In this document: positions 31,145-42,452 of the stretch, piece after piece | Numbering within the stretch: position 1 is the first letter of the stretch | Layout of the letters: each line of letters begins with the position of its first letter | NCBI GenBank assembly: GCA_965222225.1 | Contig: CBDCTK010000002.1 | Span: 192,001-256,000, forward strand | DNA length: 64,000 nt | Direction: 5' to 3' | DNA from: Candidatus Poribacteria bacterium | GTDB taxonomy: Bacteria > Poribacteria > WGA-4E > JAJDTR01 | Notes under the pieces: generated by a model | What the model saw: only the letters and a program-made list of their open reading frames with translations | What the model was told of the DNA's origin: nothing | Database searches by the model: none | Program-made: the position numbers and the translations under genes

Positions 31145-33145
31145 TTAGTAAGGGGTGCCCACGCATACCGACGCACCGGTTACACGTATAGTGCCGGCTT
31201 TAGGAACAACAAACACACGGGCGCAGTCCAATCCAATTCCCGGGTGTTGCTTGGTGGAGTTTAACGAAGGCTGCTTCGGATCAGCGGCATCATGTCTCCA
31301 AACTTTATAGGGTTTTGCATAAACCAAATTTACGTAATTCTCGCCCTCCTTGTATTGATAATACCATCCGTGTTTTCCTTGCGTGCCGCTAAAGCCTTCT
31401 GAAGCTTGGTGTCTCGTACCATCCTCGTAGATTATCACCGGATCCCAATAAGTATTGTCAGACGCCATGCCTTGATTCATGTTCACAAGGAAGCAGATTT
31501 TATCACCTGAGTTAACGTCAACTTTGACATCGTGATGTCGTCTATCAGCGCTGTCTCTGCAATATTCCCAACCATCCTTTGGCCAAATCTGTTCATCGTT
31601 CTTCAAAATCTTGAGGTTGACCCCATCGCCATTCCTCGGCCTTGCCTTATATAGTGCATGGCGTTCGCTAATCGGCGCGAAGATATATTTCATTAGGAAG
31701 CGTGAATCTTCGGTAACCCGTTTTGACCGTATTTCTTGGTCAAACTTAAGATTCAACTCGACTTGGGCTTTCATATGCCCGTCACCTCCGTGTTTCCTGG
31801 TGTTATTTAGGCTGAAATGATTCGACATACCTATCAAGAAAACGGCACATACTATGTATGTCTCAAATCGCTTCGATCTGTTTCGGCGACTGAGAAGCGA
31901 GAATCCAATCAAAAGCCCTACAATGAGAATAAGCGCCGCGCTTTGATAGTAGTATCCGCCTCTCCAAATGTCAGCCCAAGCAAGCGGGTTGTGCCGCATG
32001 TAAAGGAGCATAATCATGGATACGCAGAAAACGAATGCCGTTACAAGCATTGTTACCAACGCAACGCGATCTGTCAAGCCCCGCCTCGAATTGCCATTGC
32101 CATTGGCATTGGTAGAGGTGCTGGGGGATTTCTTTATGGCAGATAAAGCAAGGAGGATGTATGCAGCAAGTGCAAGCCCCCAAGACAGAAAATAGCCGTC
32201 CCAGATATTACCGAACGCTAACTGAAGCTGGAGCACTGTTAACTTAAATCCGTTCCAAAAACCTCTAAGGTACGAGGCGTGATCGTGAAGCAAGAAGAAA
32301 CTCAGAGAAGCCCAGCCCCGATCGGGAGGGTGTCCCCGAACGGCATTAATGATGTATGGACACAACTGATAATCCCAGTAGAGATAGAAGCAGAACGCTA
32401 CGGTGAACGAAATGGCAAAAAATAGAAGGTGTCGGTAGGCTTGATTTTGATAACGCCGAATAACTGCCATGATAAGGCTCAATCCAATTAACCACAAACC
32501 GATCATGACCCCTTGCTTGTCCGTGATGTATGACAGAAAGGCGCCCAAACCCAGTAGAATGTATGCAACTACATTTTGTGGCTTGGTTGCCGGTTTCAGC
32601 CAGTGAATAAGGCAGAGTATCCCAAGGGCTGCCCAGAATGCGGTTACGGTCTTTCCGCATCGGAAGTATATGCCGTGCATCACGAGCATCTGTGGTGAAA
32701 GCAGAAAAAACATTGCTAACACTAAACATGATGTCCTCCTAAATGTGGGAAGAAGCTCTCTTGCAATGAAATACAGCACGACAACCGTTAGAATAGCGAA
32801 AGAGATTTGCGAGATGCTGCGAAAGCCGTACGAAAAGAAAGGGATTTTGTTTAAGAGTATCACCGTTTGAGCGTCAATATACTCAAAGACATAACCCAAC
32901 TCTCGCGCTTGATAGTTGTCCCAGTCGGTAGGGGATGGGTCAAAGAACTTCGCGACCTCACTCCAAAACCCGCCGGTCGGGTTCCCGTAGAACGCCATGA
33001 AGGTCTCGGTTTCACTGTGTATTACCGGCCGGGAGTTCTTTAAACTGCTGCACCATACCCCTACCATGATAATTAGCATCAAGGCAAACACTAGCCGAGG
33101 TATATCACTGAATTTCTTACTTAACGTTGGTATTATCGTGTCCAT
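31145..33145 (-). CDS. Multi-TM membrane protein (GT-C glycosyltransferase-like) with C-terminal soluble beta domain, paralog A
   Basis: About a dozen hydrophobic segments. First loop contains DWDNYQARELGYVFEYID. C-terminal GDGVNLKI...ASEGFSGTQGKHGWYYQY. Function is inferred. Confidence 0.7.
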   Translation of the reverse strand: MDTIIPTLSKKFSDIPRLVFALMLIIMVGVWCSSLKNSRPVIHSETETFMAFYGNPTGGFWSEVAKFFDPSPTDWDNYQARELGYVFEYIDAQTVILLNKIPFFSYGFRSISQISFAILTVVVLYFIARELLPTFRRTSCLVLAMFFLLSPQMLVMHGIYFRCGKTVTAFWAALGILCLIHWLKPATKPQNVVAYILLGLGAFLSYITDKQGVMIGLWLIGLSLIMAVIRRYQNQAYRHLLFFAISFTVAFCFYLYWDYQLCPYIINAVRGHPPDRGWASLSFFLLHDHASYLRGFWNGFKLTVLQLQLAFGNIWDGYFLSWGLALAAYILLALSAIKKSPSTSTNANGNGNSRRGLTDRVALVTMLVTAFVFCVSMIMLLYMRHNPLAWADIWRGGYYYQSAALILIVGLLIGFSLLSRRNRSKRFETYIVCAVFLIGMSNHFSLNNTRKHGGDGHMKAQVELNLKFDQEIRSKRVTEDSRFLMKYIFAPISERHALYKARPRNGDGVNLKILKNDEQIWPKDGWEYCRDSADRRHHDVKVDVNSGDKICFLVNMNQGMASDNTYWDPVIIYEDGTRHQASEGFSGTQGKHGWYYQYKEGENYVNLVYAKPYKVWRHDAADPKQPSLNSTKQHPGIGLDCARVFVVPKAGTIRVTGASVCVGTPY

Positions 33146-33427
33146 CTGATGATTGTTTCGAACTTGCTGATTAGGACGTAATCCTCACGTCCGTTTGAGC
33201 TAGGTGTTATCGCGTTCGCATCTGGTGTGTCTCCGGACGCCCTCTCTGGTACAAGTGTAACATTTCCTGCTGGAAAGGCCCCTGTTTTTCTCTAGACATT
33301 GGGGACAAGCATGGAATAAGATAAATGCCCACTAGTCTGCAGACGACAGACCGATACGGGCAATGGATGCTCGCAGATCAGTCTCTGCCCTGCCTAACGC
33401 GATTCTTCCAATGTTAAAGAGAGCCTT

Positions 33428-34375
33428 ATGAAGTTAACCCAAGATCAACTTGACGCGTTCCATCGTGATGGCTATCTCATCGTCGCGGATCTTTTCGATT
33501 CCGACTCAATGGTAGCCGCTTTACGTGATATGGAACATATTTTTTACGGCGAATCCTTCGCTGAATACCTCGCGGATTTTGGACAATACCGGGAAAGCCG
33601 ATTCCGTGGAACCGACAGTTACCAATGTTGTCGCGCATTACGGCGACACGGAACATGGTCGCGCGCAGTTCCCATCAGGATATGATGCTCTAGATCGACT
33701 GATTGAGAACGAAGATTATCTTGACGTATTCGCCCAGTGTCTCAACACGGATGATGTAAGTTACTGTAACGCCCACCTATTCATGCGTTCGGGGCCCACG
33801 GACAAGCGCCATTCTGAACACCCGTGGCAAGGTTATCACGCCGATCGTGGCACCAACACATTTTTGCCGTTGAGCAAAGCAATCGGTTCCTTTGATTACG
33901 TCAATAGCGTGGTTTATCTCCACGATGTTGACGATGACGGCGCTCCCCTGCATGTTATTCCAGGATCGCATCGACAAGCGGCGGATGTATACCTGCGAGC
34001 AGAGGGTGGACTGGACGACTCCGGAAAATTCCGGAATTTGCAGAGCCGGTGCCTACCACCGCCAAGGCGGGAAGCGCTCTATTTTATTCTTCATATCTCG
34101 TACATGCAGCCATTCCGTTTGAAAACAAACGGAGACAACGTGCGTTGTGGACGCTGTCCATGGCGCGCGGCGACACGAGTCGGTGGACCAAACTAGCGAA
34201 TCCTTGGAGTCCACCGGAACGGCAATTCTTTCAGCCGTTTTGGGAGAAGACGACCGCACGTGTCCGAACGATGTTCGGTTGGCCCAAACCTCGACATCAA
34301 TTTTATACGGAGACGACTTTGAAAGGAATCGCGATGCGGTTTCCCAATATGGACCTGACACCTTATCAGAACTAG
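33428..34375 (+). pseudogene. PhyH-family dioxygenase pseudogene (copy of 49678-50625)
   Basis: A +1 indel near 33578 and a -1 indel near 34019 relative to the intact paralog. Three fragments. Confidence 0.9.
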
Positions 34376-34426
34376 AGGGATAGGGTGTGACGACAGATTA
34401 TTTTCCATTCTAGCCCGCCATGTTGG

Positions 34427-35263
34427 TCATATTCGCGATTCTTGGCTGACCACATCTCGGGCAAGTTCGGGGAAAATCTGGTCGTGAATCTCAATCGGCT
34501 GGTGGAGATGAACCCGCCGGTTCTCGTCAGCCGTATCTATCATGGTAGCGTGATACATCCCTGCGCCCGTCCTGAGTTTATAACCTCCGGGTGAGTGCGA
34601 GCTTAGATATTGACGTGCCATTTCCATATCTTCCGGAGTTTTGGCTTGGCGTATACAATTCATGGTGAACATTCGGCGGCGATTTCCGCCGCCGAATGAG
34701 GCGTGATATAAGTCGTGATTAAAAATCACGATGTCGCCGGGGTTTGTTTCAACGGCAATGCTGCCGGGAAACTCCGAAGGCGGGACGCCAAATAACTCCA
34801 TGGAGTTGTTCACATCAATTTTTTCCTTGCGTACAAAATGGTCCGGTCGATGGGATCCCGGAATGAAGCGCAGCGCCCCGGTGTCACGAGTAAGGGGATC
34901 GAGATAAAACGCCGTTTTCGCAGCGAATAATTGGCCCCAGCTTCCATCGGGGTGCCAACCGGTATCGCCACTATAGTAATTGCCGTCACCGCTACAGTAG
35001 TTGAAATCTTCTCCCAGAATGCCTCCGATGAGACCAACTATTGTTGGGTGATCCAGGAGCCTACACATGTCCGGATGGTGTTCGATTGGCCCCAAAAACA
35101 TCGTACGAGTCGAACCATCATGATTTTTGCCACGGCCGCCATTTTGAATCGACCATTCGAATCCTTGGATGATTTTATCTGTTTCATCCTGTGAAAACAG
35201 TTGTGGAATCATCAGATACCCAAAGGTGTCGAAAAAGTCCAACTGTTCTTGAGTTAGTTTCAT
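34427..35263 (-). CDS. PhyH-family Fe(II)/2OG dioxygenase
   Basis: WHPDG, IPGSH and YHASFGGGNRRRMF. Near-identical paralog at 50676-51512. Confidence 0.92.
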   Translation of the reverse strand: MKLTQEQLDFFDTFGYLMIPQLFSQDETDKIIQGFEWSIQNGGRGKNHDGSTRTMFLGPIEHHPDMCRLLDHPTIVGLIGGILGEDFNYCSGDGNYYSGDTGWHPDGSWGQLFAAKTAFYLDPLTRDTGALRFIPGSHRPDHFVRKEKIDVNNSMELFGVPPSEFPGSIAVETNPGDIVIFNHDLYHASFGGGNRRRMFTMNCIRQAKTPEDMEMARQYLSSHSPGGYKLRTGAGMYHATMIDTADENRRVHLHQPIEIHDQIFPELARDVVSQESRI

Positions 35264-35594
35264 TCGTGTTGTCTCCTTAGAAAATTAGCAGTGATAATCA
35301 TCTCCAGATTCACGACTTATGGACTTCAGTTTGTTACAGCGCAGGTCATTGTGTGTCAAACCAAGGAGAACTGATGCATCTGGTTACTCTCGTAGAATCG
35401 TGGTTGACACAATCCAAATGTGCGTGGCTTCTATTATAATGCAGGGGAGTTTGAATTACAACGATTTAGCGAGTGTTTTATAGATAATTGGCAAAAATCT
35501 TGATATTGAGTATCTGAGCAAAACCTTTTGGTAGTTGTTAGTAGGGCATCGATCGGGAATTGGTACGAGTATAATTTCAAAAAGGAAACATGCG

Positions 35595-36494
35595 ATGGTT
35601 CAGATTGACGGGATTGTACCCGTGGTACCCACCCCTTTCGACAGTTACGGACATATTGACGAAGAGGGATTACGCAGACCGGTTGACTTCCGTGTAGCGG
35701 GCAATGCCTGCGCCATCTGCCTACCCGCCTACGCTGGCGAGTTTTACAAACTAGCTGAGCAAAAGCGGCATGATGTAATGCGTATCGCAGTGGAGCAGGC
35801 GGCAGGCCGAATTCCTGTAATTGGGCAGGCGAACCATCGATCTTCACGAGTTGGACTGGATCTCGCACATCGCATGGAGGCATCGGGAGTTTCGATGATT
35901 AGCATGGCGGCGCCGCGCATTTTCGCACTGAGTGAGGACGACTTATTGCGCTACTTTCGTGCGGTCTGCCAATCCATTAGCGTGCCGCTATTGATTCAGG
36001 TCTTCAATCCGGGCGGCGCGACCGTTGGCGCCGAATTTGCGCAGAGGCTCCATACCGACTGCCCCAACTTTAGCTATCTCAAACTGGAATAGCCGATGAT
36101 GGCTGAAAAGGTGAACCGCATCCTCGAAGCTACTCGCGGATTGGTTGGTTTGCTGGAGGGTTGGGGCGGGCCTTACATGATGGAACTTATTCCTAGTGGG
36201 ATATGTGGCATAATGCCCGGTGTGCCACTACTGCGTGTTCTGAATGAGGTTTACTGGAAGCGTAAGCGGGGGGAGAATAGGCAAGCCTACACGGCATATC
36301 AAAGCGTATTGCCATTCATCGTCTTCACGTTGGCGCATCTGGAGCTTTTCCTGCATGTGGAGAAACGTTTGCTAAAGGCAATGGGGCTGATTGCCTCCGC
36401 CCATGTGCGTGATGCAACCATCCACCTTGATTCCCATGCCGAAGCCTATGCGGAGTGGTTAATCGGGCAGGTGTTGCCGCTCGTGAGGTTATAA
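35595..36494 (+). pseudogene. DapA-like (dihydrodipicolinate synthase family) aldolase with in-frame TAG
   Basis: GIVPVVPTPF, AGEFYKL and GRIPVIG, then YLKLE-TAG(36090-36092)-PMM continuing in frame to 36494. Confidence 0.85.
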
Positions 36495-36514
36495 TCTCAT
36501 GTTGTAGGACTCTT

Positions 36515-36542
36515 GTAGGGAATAACAATCGTTATTCCCTAT
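36515..36542. repeat. GTAG REP-like palindrome GTAGGGAATAAC-N4-GTTATTCCCTA
   Basis: Near-perfect palindrome between convergent genes. Perfect copy at 48803-48830 and degenerate copy near 38882. Confidence 0.75.
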
Positions 36543-36567
36543 AGGTAGCGACAGGGATTAGTAATGT

Positions 36568-38553
36568 TTAGTAAGGAGTGCCCACGCACACCGGGGCACT
36601 GGTCACACGTATAGTCCCGGATTTAGGAGCAACAAACACGCGGACACAGTCCGATTCGAATCCCGTGCGTTGCTTGGAGGAGTTTAGCGAAGGCGAACCG
36701 TTGCGTCTCCAAGTTTTATAGCGGCTATCGTAAACCAGACTAGCGTAGATCTCGCCATCCTTGTATTGATACTGCCACCCGTTCTTTCCTTGCGTACCAC
36801 TGAATCCTTTTGACGCTTGGTAGGTTGTCCCATCCCCGTAGGCGATCACCGGATCCCAATAGGCGCTATCAAATCCCATGCGTTGATGCATGTTCACAAG
36901 GAAATAGAGTTTGTCGCCTGCGTTAACATTCACCTTGAAATCGTGATGACGTCTGTCGGCGCTGTGTTTGGAATGCGCCCAACCCTCTTTTGGCCAAACC
37001 TGTTCGTCGTTCATCAGAATCTTGAGGTTGACGCCATCACCAACTCTTGGTCTTGCCTTATACAACTCCTGCCGCTCGCTAGCCGGCGCGAAGATATACT
37101 TCATTAGGAAGCGTGAATCTTCGGTGACTTGCTTTGACCTAATCTCTTGGTCGTATAGGAGATTCGCCTCAAGTATTTCCCTCTTGGAATCGCGCTCCCA
37201 TCCGAAGCCCATAGTCTTGGGGAGGTTCAGGTAATTCGCCATGCACATCAAGAAAACGGCGCATACTATGTATGTCTCAAATCGCTTCGAACTGTTTCGG
37301 CGACCGAGAAACGCGAACACAATCAGCAGCGCAGCGATGAGAATAAGCGTTGCGCTTTGATAGTAGTACCCACCTCTCCAAATGTCAGCCCAGGCGAGCG
37401 GATTATGCCGCATGTAAAGGAGCATAGTCATGAACACGCAGGTAAGTATTGCCGTTACCAGCATAGCCCCCAACTCAACGCGATCTGTCAAACCTCGCCC
37501 CGAATTTTCATCGGCACCTACAGAGGCGCTAGGGGATTTCTTTAAGGCAGATAAGATTATGAGAATAAGTGCAACTAACAGAAGTCCCCAAGATAAAAAA
37601 TTGCCGTCCCAGATATTTCCGAACGCCAACTGAAACTGGAGCACCGTCAACTTTAATCCATTCCAAAGGCCTTTGATGTATGAGGCGCGATCGTGATTGA
37701 GGAAGAAACTCAGGGAGGACCAACTTCGATCAGGAGGGTATCCGCGCACGTTTTCAATGATGTATGGACACAGCTCGTAATCCCAGCAGAGGTAGAAGCA
37801 GAAAGCTGCGGAGAACGAAGTCGCAAAATATATGAGGTGCCGGCATGATTGATTTTGATAACGCCGAGTCCCTGCCAAGATAAGGCTCAAGCCGATTAAC
37901 CACAGACCCATCATCACCGCTTGTTTGTCCGTGATAAACGACAAAAAGGCGCCCAGACCCAGTAATACGTATGCAATTACATTGCGTGGTTTGGTAATGG
38001 GTTTTAGCCAGCGAATCAGGCAGAGAATCCAGAGGCCCCCCCAGAATGCGGCTACTGTCTTTCCGCAGCGAAAGTATTCGGCTTGCATCGCGAGCATCTG
38101 CGTAGATAGCGGAAAAAGCATTGCCAATACCAAACATGATGTCCGTCTAAACGTGGGCAACAACCCCCTTGCGATGAAATACAACGCAGTTGCGGTAAGT
38201 ATAGCGAAGGTGATTTGCGTAATGCTTCGAAAGCCGTACGAAAAGAACGGAATTTTGTTTAAGAGTATCACCATCTGAGCGTCAATGTACTCAAACACAT
38301 AACCCAACTCTCGCGCTTGGTAGTTGTCCCAGTCGGTAGGGGATGGGTCAAAGAACTTTGCCACCTCGCTCCAAAACCCGCCGGTTGGGTTGCCGTAGAA
38401 CGCCAAGAAGGTCTCTGTTTCAAAATGGATTATGGGCCGGGTGTTTTTTAAGCCGGCACACCAGACCCCAACCATTATGATTATCATCAATGCAAACACA
38501 AGACGAAGCCTATCACTGTAGATCTTGCTTAACGTGGGAATCATTGTATTCAT
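36568..38553 (-). CDS. Multi-TM GT-C-like membrane protein, paralog B
   Basis: Colinear with 31145-33145 along the full length, ending CVGTPY. Confidence 0.7.
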   Translation of the reverse strand: MNTMIPTLSKIYSDRLRLVFALMIIIMVGVWCAGLKNTRPIIHFETETFLAFYGNPTGGFWSEVAKFFDPSPTDWDNYQARELGYVFEYIDAQMVILLNKIPFFSYGFRSITQITFAILTATALYFIARGLLPTFRRTSCLVLAMLFPLSTQMLAMQAEYFRCGKTVAAFWGGLWILCLIRWLKPITKPRNVIAYVLLGLGAFLSFITDKQAVMMGLWLIGLSLILAGTRRYQNQSCRHLIYFATSFSAAFCFYLCWDYELCPYIIENVRGYPPDRSWSSLSFFLNHDRASYIKGLWNGLKLTVLQFQLAFGNIWDGNFLSWGLLLVALILIILSALKKSPSASVGADENSGRGLTDRVELGAMLVTAILTCVFMTMLLYMRHNPLAWADIWRGGYYYQSATLILIAALLIVFAFLGRRNSSKRFETYIVCAVFLMCMANYLNLPKTMGFGWERDSKREILEANLLYDQEIRSKQVTEDSRFLMKYIFAPASERQELYKARPRVGDGVNLKILMNDEQVWPKEGWAHSKHSADRRHHDFKVNVNAGDKLYFLVNMHQRMGFDSAYWDPVIAYGDGTTYQASKGFSGTQGKNGWQYQYKDGEIYASLVYDSRYKTWRRNGSPSLNSSKQRTGFESDCVRVFVAPKSGTIRVTSAPVCVGTPY

Positions 38554-38687
38554 CTAGTATCGGATCGAACTTGCCGATTAGGACGTAAGCCTAACGTCCG
38601 TTTGAGTTAGGCTATATGGCGTTAGCACTCAATACATCTGATGGCTATCAAGGTACGCGGCATCCTCGAATCTGCTCGCGGAGAGGT

Positions 38688-38872
38688 TGGCGTTCTGGAG
38701 GGTTGGGGTGGGCTTTACATGATGTGGCAAAGCGGTTTCTAAAATGAATGGGGTTGATTGCCTCTGCCCATGTGCGCGATGCAACCATCCATGTTGACTC
38801 ACATACCCCAGCCTATGTGGAGTAGCTAATCTGAAAAGTGCCTCTGCTGGCGAGGTTATTATCTCATGTTTT
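38688..38872 (+). pseudogene. Decayed 3' fragment of the DapA-like gene
   Basis: ctggagggttggggtgggc...gcccatgtgcgcgatgcaaccatcc...gaggttattatctcatgtt matches 36153-36505, with a deletion and stops. Confidence 0.75.
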
Positions 38873-39430
38873 GAGGCCTTCATAGGGAATAACAATCCAT
38901 ATTCCTCATCGGTCGTAAATCGAACAATGATGATTACTATGGGGGCCTCACGCATACGGGGACGCCGGTCACACGTACAGTACCGTGTTTCGGAGAGACA
39001 AACACTCGTGCGCTCTCCGTTTCGAATCCCGGTCGTTGTCTGTAGGGGTTTAGCAAAGGAAAACCGTTATGTCTCCAGGTTTTATAGCGGCTATCGTAGA
39101 CCAGACTCGCGTAGTTCTCGCCATCCTTGTACTGATAATGCCACCCGTTCTTTCCTTGCGTACCACTGAATCCCTTTGAGGCCTTGAAAGTCGTTCCATC
39201 ATCGAAGGTTATCACCGGATCCCAGTAGGCGGTATCAAACCCCACACCTTGATGCGTGTTTACAAGGAAATAAAGTTTGTCACCGGTTTCGACCTCCGCT
39301 TTGACATCGTGTCGTGGTCTATCGGTGTTGTTTTTGGAATGCGCCCAACCCTCTTTTGGCCAAATCTGGTCCTCGTTCTTCAAAATCTTCAGATTGACGC
39401 CAACTCTATGCCCTGATCTTGCCTTATATA

Positions 39431-40424
39431 ACCAATGGTGCTAGTTTGAAATTTGGAGGTTAATAAGCATAACATTCCCTTTTGGCTTTGCTTTAACGCG
39501 AAAGGTATCAGGGCATGAGACGATTTCCTCGATTCTACCGTTAATTTGAGTATCGGTAGCTATCAAATAACGGGAGGAAATCTAGACTCATAACCATAGT
39601 AGATTTTATCACAGAACTGTTTTGTTGTGTTGATGATAAACTCTCACAGCACGGTAAAAACCATAAGCATAGCCAAGCCAAACTTTATCCGTCTGAAGTG
39701 GTTACCATTGCCATGCTCTTTGCGCTCAAGGGTGTGGGTAATCGAGCCTCCTATCGCTGGATAGCGAACAATTTCAAATCCTTATTTCCGATGTTACCCG
39801 AGCGTACCCGATTGTTCCGCTTATTCGACGGGCATCAACATCTCATTGACGTTTTTATGGCGAATCCTTCGCTTATCGGTGGAATTGACACGTACGGTAT
39901 TGAATTGATTCACCCGCGCCGAGAAGGGCGCTCTAAACGTCAAATCGGACGCAAAGGCATTTCCAACCAACGATGGATTGTAGGTGGAAAACTTTGCTTG
40001 CTACACAATCATCTCGGACTGATTGTCAACTGGGACTGCGACACTGCCAATGTACATGATGGGAGTGCCTTCCAACATCTCGTTGATGGGGTCAGTGACC
40101 AGATGGTTGTTTTTGCCGATGTAAATTTCGCCAAAGCGGATTGGTTCCCTTCCAACTTGCGTCTGTGCCGACGTGGCGAGTGGAATTCTCGGATGCTGCG
40201 AGTGGAATTCTCGGATGCTGGTAGAAACGATTTTGTCCATGTTGACGCTAGTGTGCCATTTTAAGAAAGTCATGCACCGTCGTTGGAGTTACTTCAAAAC
40301 GCGAGTCGGCTTTACAATGGCTTTGGTCAATCTCTTGGTACAGTGGAATGGATTGTCGATTGACGACGATGGCTTTGTGCCTCTGTCAATAGCTCAATTC
40401 AGTCTCTAAACTAGCACCAAAGGT
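39431..40424 (+). mobile_element. IS982-like insertion sequence (994 bp)
   Basis: TIRs ACCAATGGTGCTAGTTT / AAACTAGCACCAAAGGT (15 of 17 match). TATATA target-site duplication at 39425-39430 and 40425-40430. Single DDE transposase. Family is inferred from size, 5'-AC ends and protein motifs. Confidence 0.88.
39590..40409 (+). pseudogene. Frameshifted DDE transposase
   Basis: AKLYPSEVVTI, PERTRLFRL, GIDTYGIEL, TANVHD and RMLVETILSML. A 22-bp tandem duplication at 40176-40219 shifts the frame. The apparent start is ATA at 39590 after GGAGG. Confidence 0.85.
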
Positions 40425-42423
40425 TATATAACTCGCGGCGTTCGCTTGCCGGCGCGAAGATAAATTTTATCAGGAAACTGGAGTCTTCGTTAACCTCCTT
40501 CGATCGTATTTCTTGATCGTATTTGCGATTCAGATCGATCTGCTCCCTCATGTGCCCGTATCCCCATCCGTAGCCCCGCGTCTTGTCAAGGCCGAGGTTA
40601 TTCGCCATGCACATCAAGAAAACCGCACACACTATGTATGTCTCGAATTTACTCGACCTGTTTCGGCGACTGAGAAACGAAAACACAATCAGAAGCGCAA
40701 CAATGAGAATAAGAGCGACGCTTTGATAATAGTATCCGCCTTTCCAAAGGTCTTCCCACGCGAGCGGATTGTGCCGCATGTAGAGAAGCATAATCATGAA
40801 TACGCAGGTAAGTATTGCCGTTACGAGCACAACTGCCAACGCAGTGCGATCGGTCAAGCCCCTTCTCGAATCTCCAATTGCGTTGTCGGGGGTACCGGGG
40901 GATTTTTTTATCGCAGATAAAGCAATGAGTATATACGCAGCCAGTGCAAGCCCCCAAGCTAGAAGATTGCCGTCCCAGACATTACCGAACGCTAACTGAA
41001 TCTGTAGCACGGTTAACTTCAGCCCAATCCAAAGACCTCTGATGTATGACGCGAGATCGTGATGCAGGAAGAAACTCAGAGAGGTCCAGCTCCGATCAGG
41101 ATAGTATCCCCTAACGGCTTTAATGATGTATGGACACAACAGATAATCCCAGTAGAGATAGAAGCAGAACGCTGCCGTGAACGAGAGGGCAAAAAATAGA
41201 AGGTGACGGTATGCTTGCCCATAGTGACGCCGAATTACTGCCATGATGAGGCTCAAACCGATTAACCACAAACCGATCATGACTCCCTGTTTATCCGTGA
41301 TGTATGACAGAAAGGCGCCCAAAACCAGTAGTATGTATGCAATCACATTTCGTGGCTTAGTTGCAGGTTTCAGCCAGCGAATCAGGCAGAGTATCCCAAG
41401 GGCTGTCCAGAATGCGGTTACGGTCTTTCCGCATCGGAAGTATAAGCCGTGCATCACGAGCATTTGCGTTGAAAGCGGGAAAAGCAAGGCTAATACTAAA
41501 CATGATGTTCGCCTAAACGTGGGTAACAACTCCCTTGCGATGAAATACAACACGAACCCAGTTAGAATGGCGAAAGAGATTTGCATGATGCTGCGAAAAC
41601 CGTATGAAAAGAACGGAATCTTGTTTAAGAGTAAGACTGCTTGTGCATCGATATACTCGAAGCCATAGCCCAACTCCCGCGCCTGGTAGGCGTCCCAGTC
41701 CGTGGACGCCGGGTCAAAGAACTTTGCAACCTCGCTCCAAAACCCGCCAGTCGGGTTTCCGTATAACACCACGAAGGACTCTGCCTCACGGTGTATTACC
41801 GGCCGCATGTTCTTTAAGCTAGTGCCCCATACGATTACCATGATGATTAACATCACGGCGAATGCGAACCGGGGTTTATCACTGAACGTTTTCCTTAGCG
41901 TTGATAGCGTTGTGTGCATTCGGATTTGCTTTAGATTTGCTGTCTAGTAAGTTAGTTTACCGGGGTTGCAACCTTTGTCCGACCGAAGTATGGAAACCGA
42001 GTTTTTTCCAACGCGGAAACATGAGATTGACCAAAATCAGACCAATTCACGTACGATATAGCGAAAGCGAACCAACAACTCGGTTACTCCGTTATAGGTA
42101 GCATCATACGTTATTATACCAGAAGATCTGCGGAAATGAAAATTCATGCGGAGGCGAGAGAGTTCAGGGCTGAAAATCGCGTGTGAGGGAAACGCCGCAC
42201 AATAAAACTGTGCGGCGCAGCATGGGGCCTTATTAATTCTGAGTCTTGCGCGGGATGCTTTGGGAGGTGTGCTTTTTTGCAAAAAATAGTTGAGGGCATT
42301 GAAGCCTTGAATAGATTGAGTTCTTGACCACCTGGACAATTCCCCGTGGAAAATGTTAGGTATGGAAAGCATTCACAACCAGGAATATAAACCGTCGGAG
42401 AACTCAAGCCTTTGGCAATCTTC

Positions 42424-42452
42424 TTGACAACGAATCTGGGCATTGATATAAT
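42424..42452 (+). promoter_or_regulatory. Perfect-consensus sigma70 promoter
   Basis: TTGACA-17 bp-TATAAT with an extended -10 TG. Confidence 0.8.

Larger units (their letters stand above)
38937..41919 (-). pseudogene. Multi-TM GT-C-like membrane protein, paralog C, interrupted by an IS
   Basis: The 5' part (40425-41919) and 3' part (38937-39430) join into a sequence colinear with paralogs A and B once 39431-40424 and one TSD copy are removed. Confidence 0.9.
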
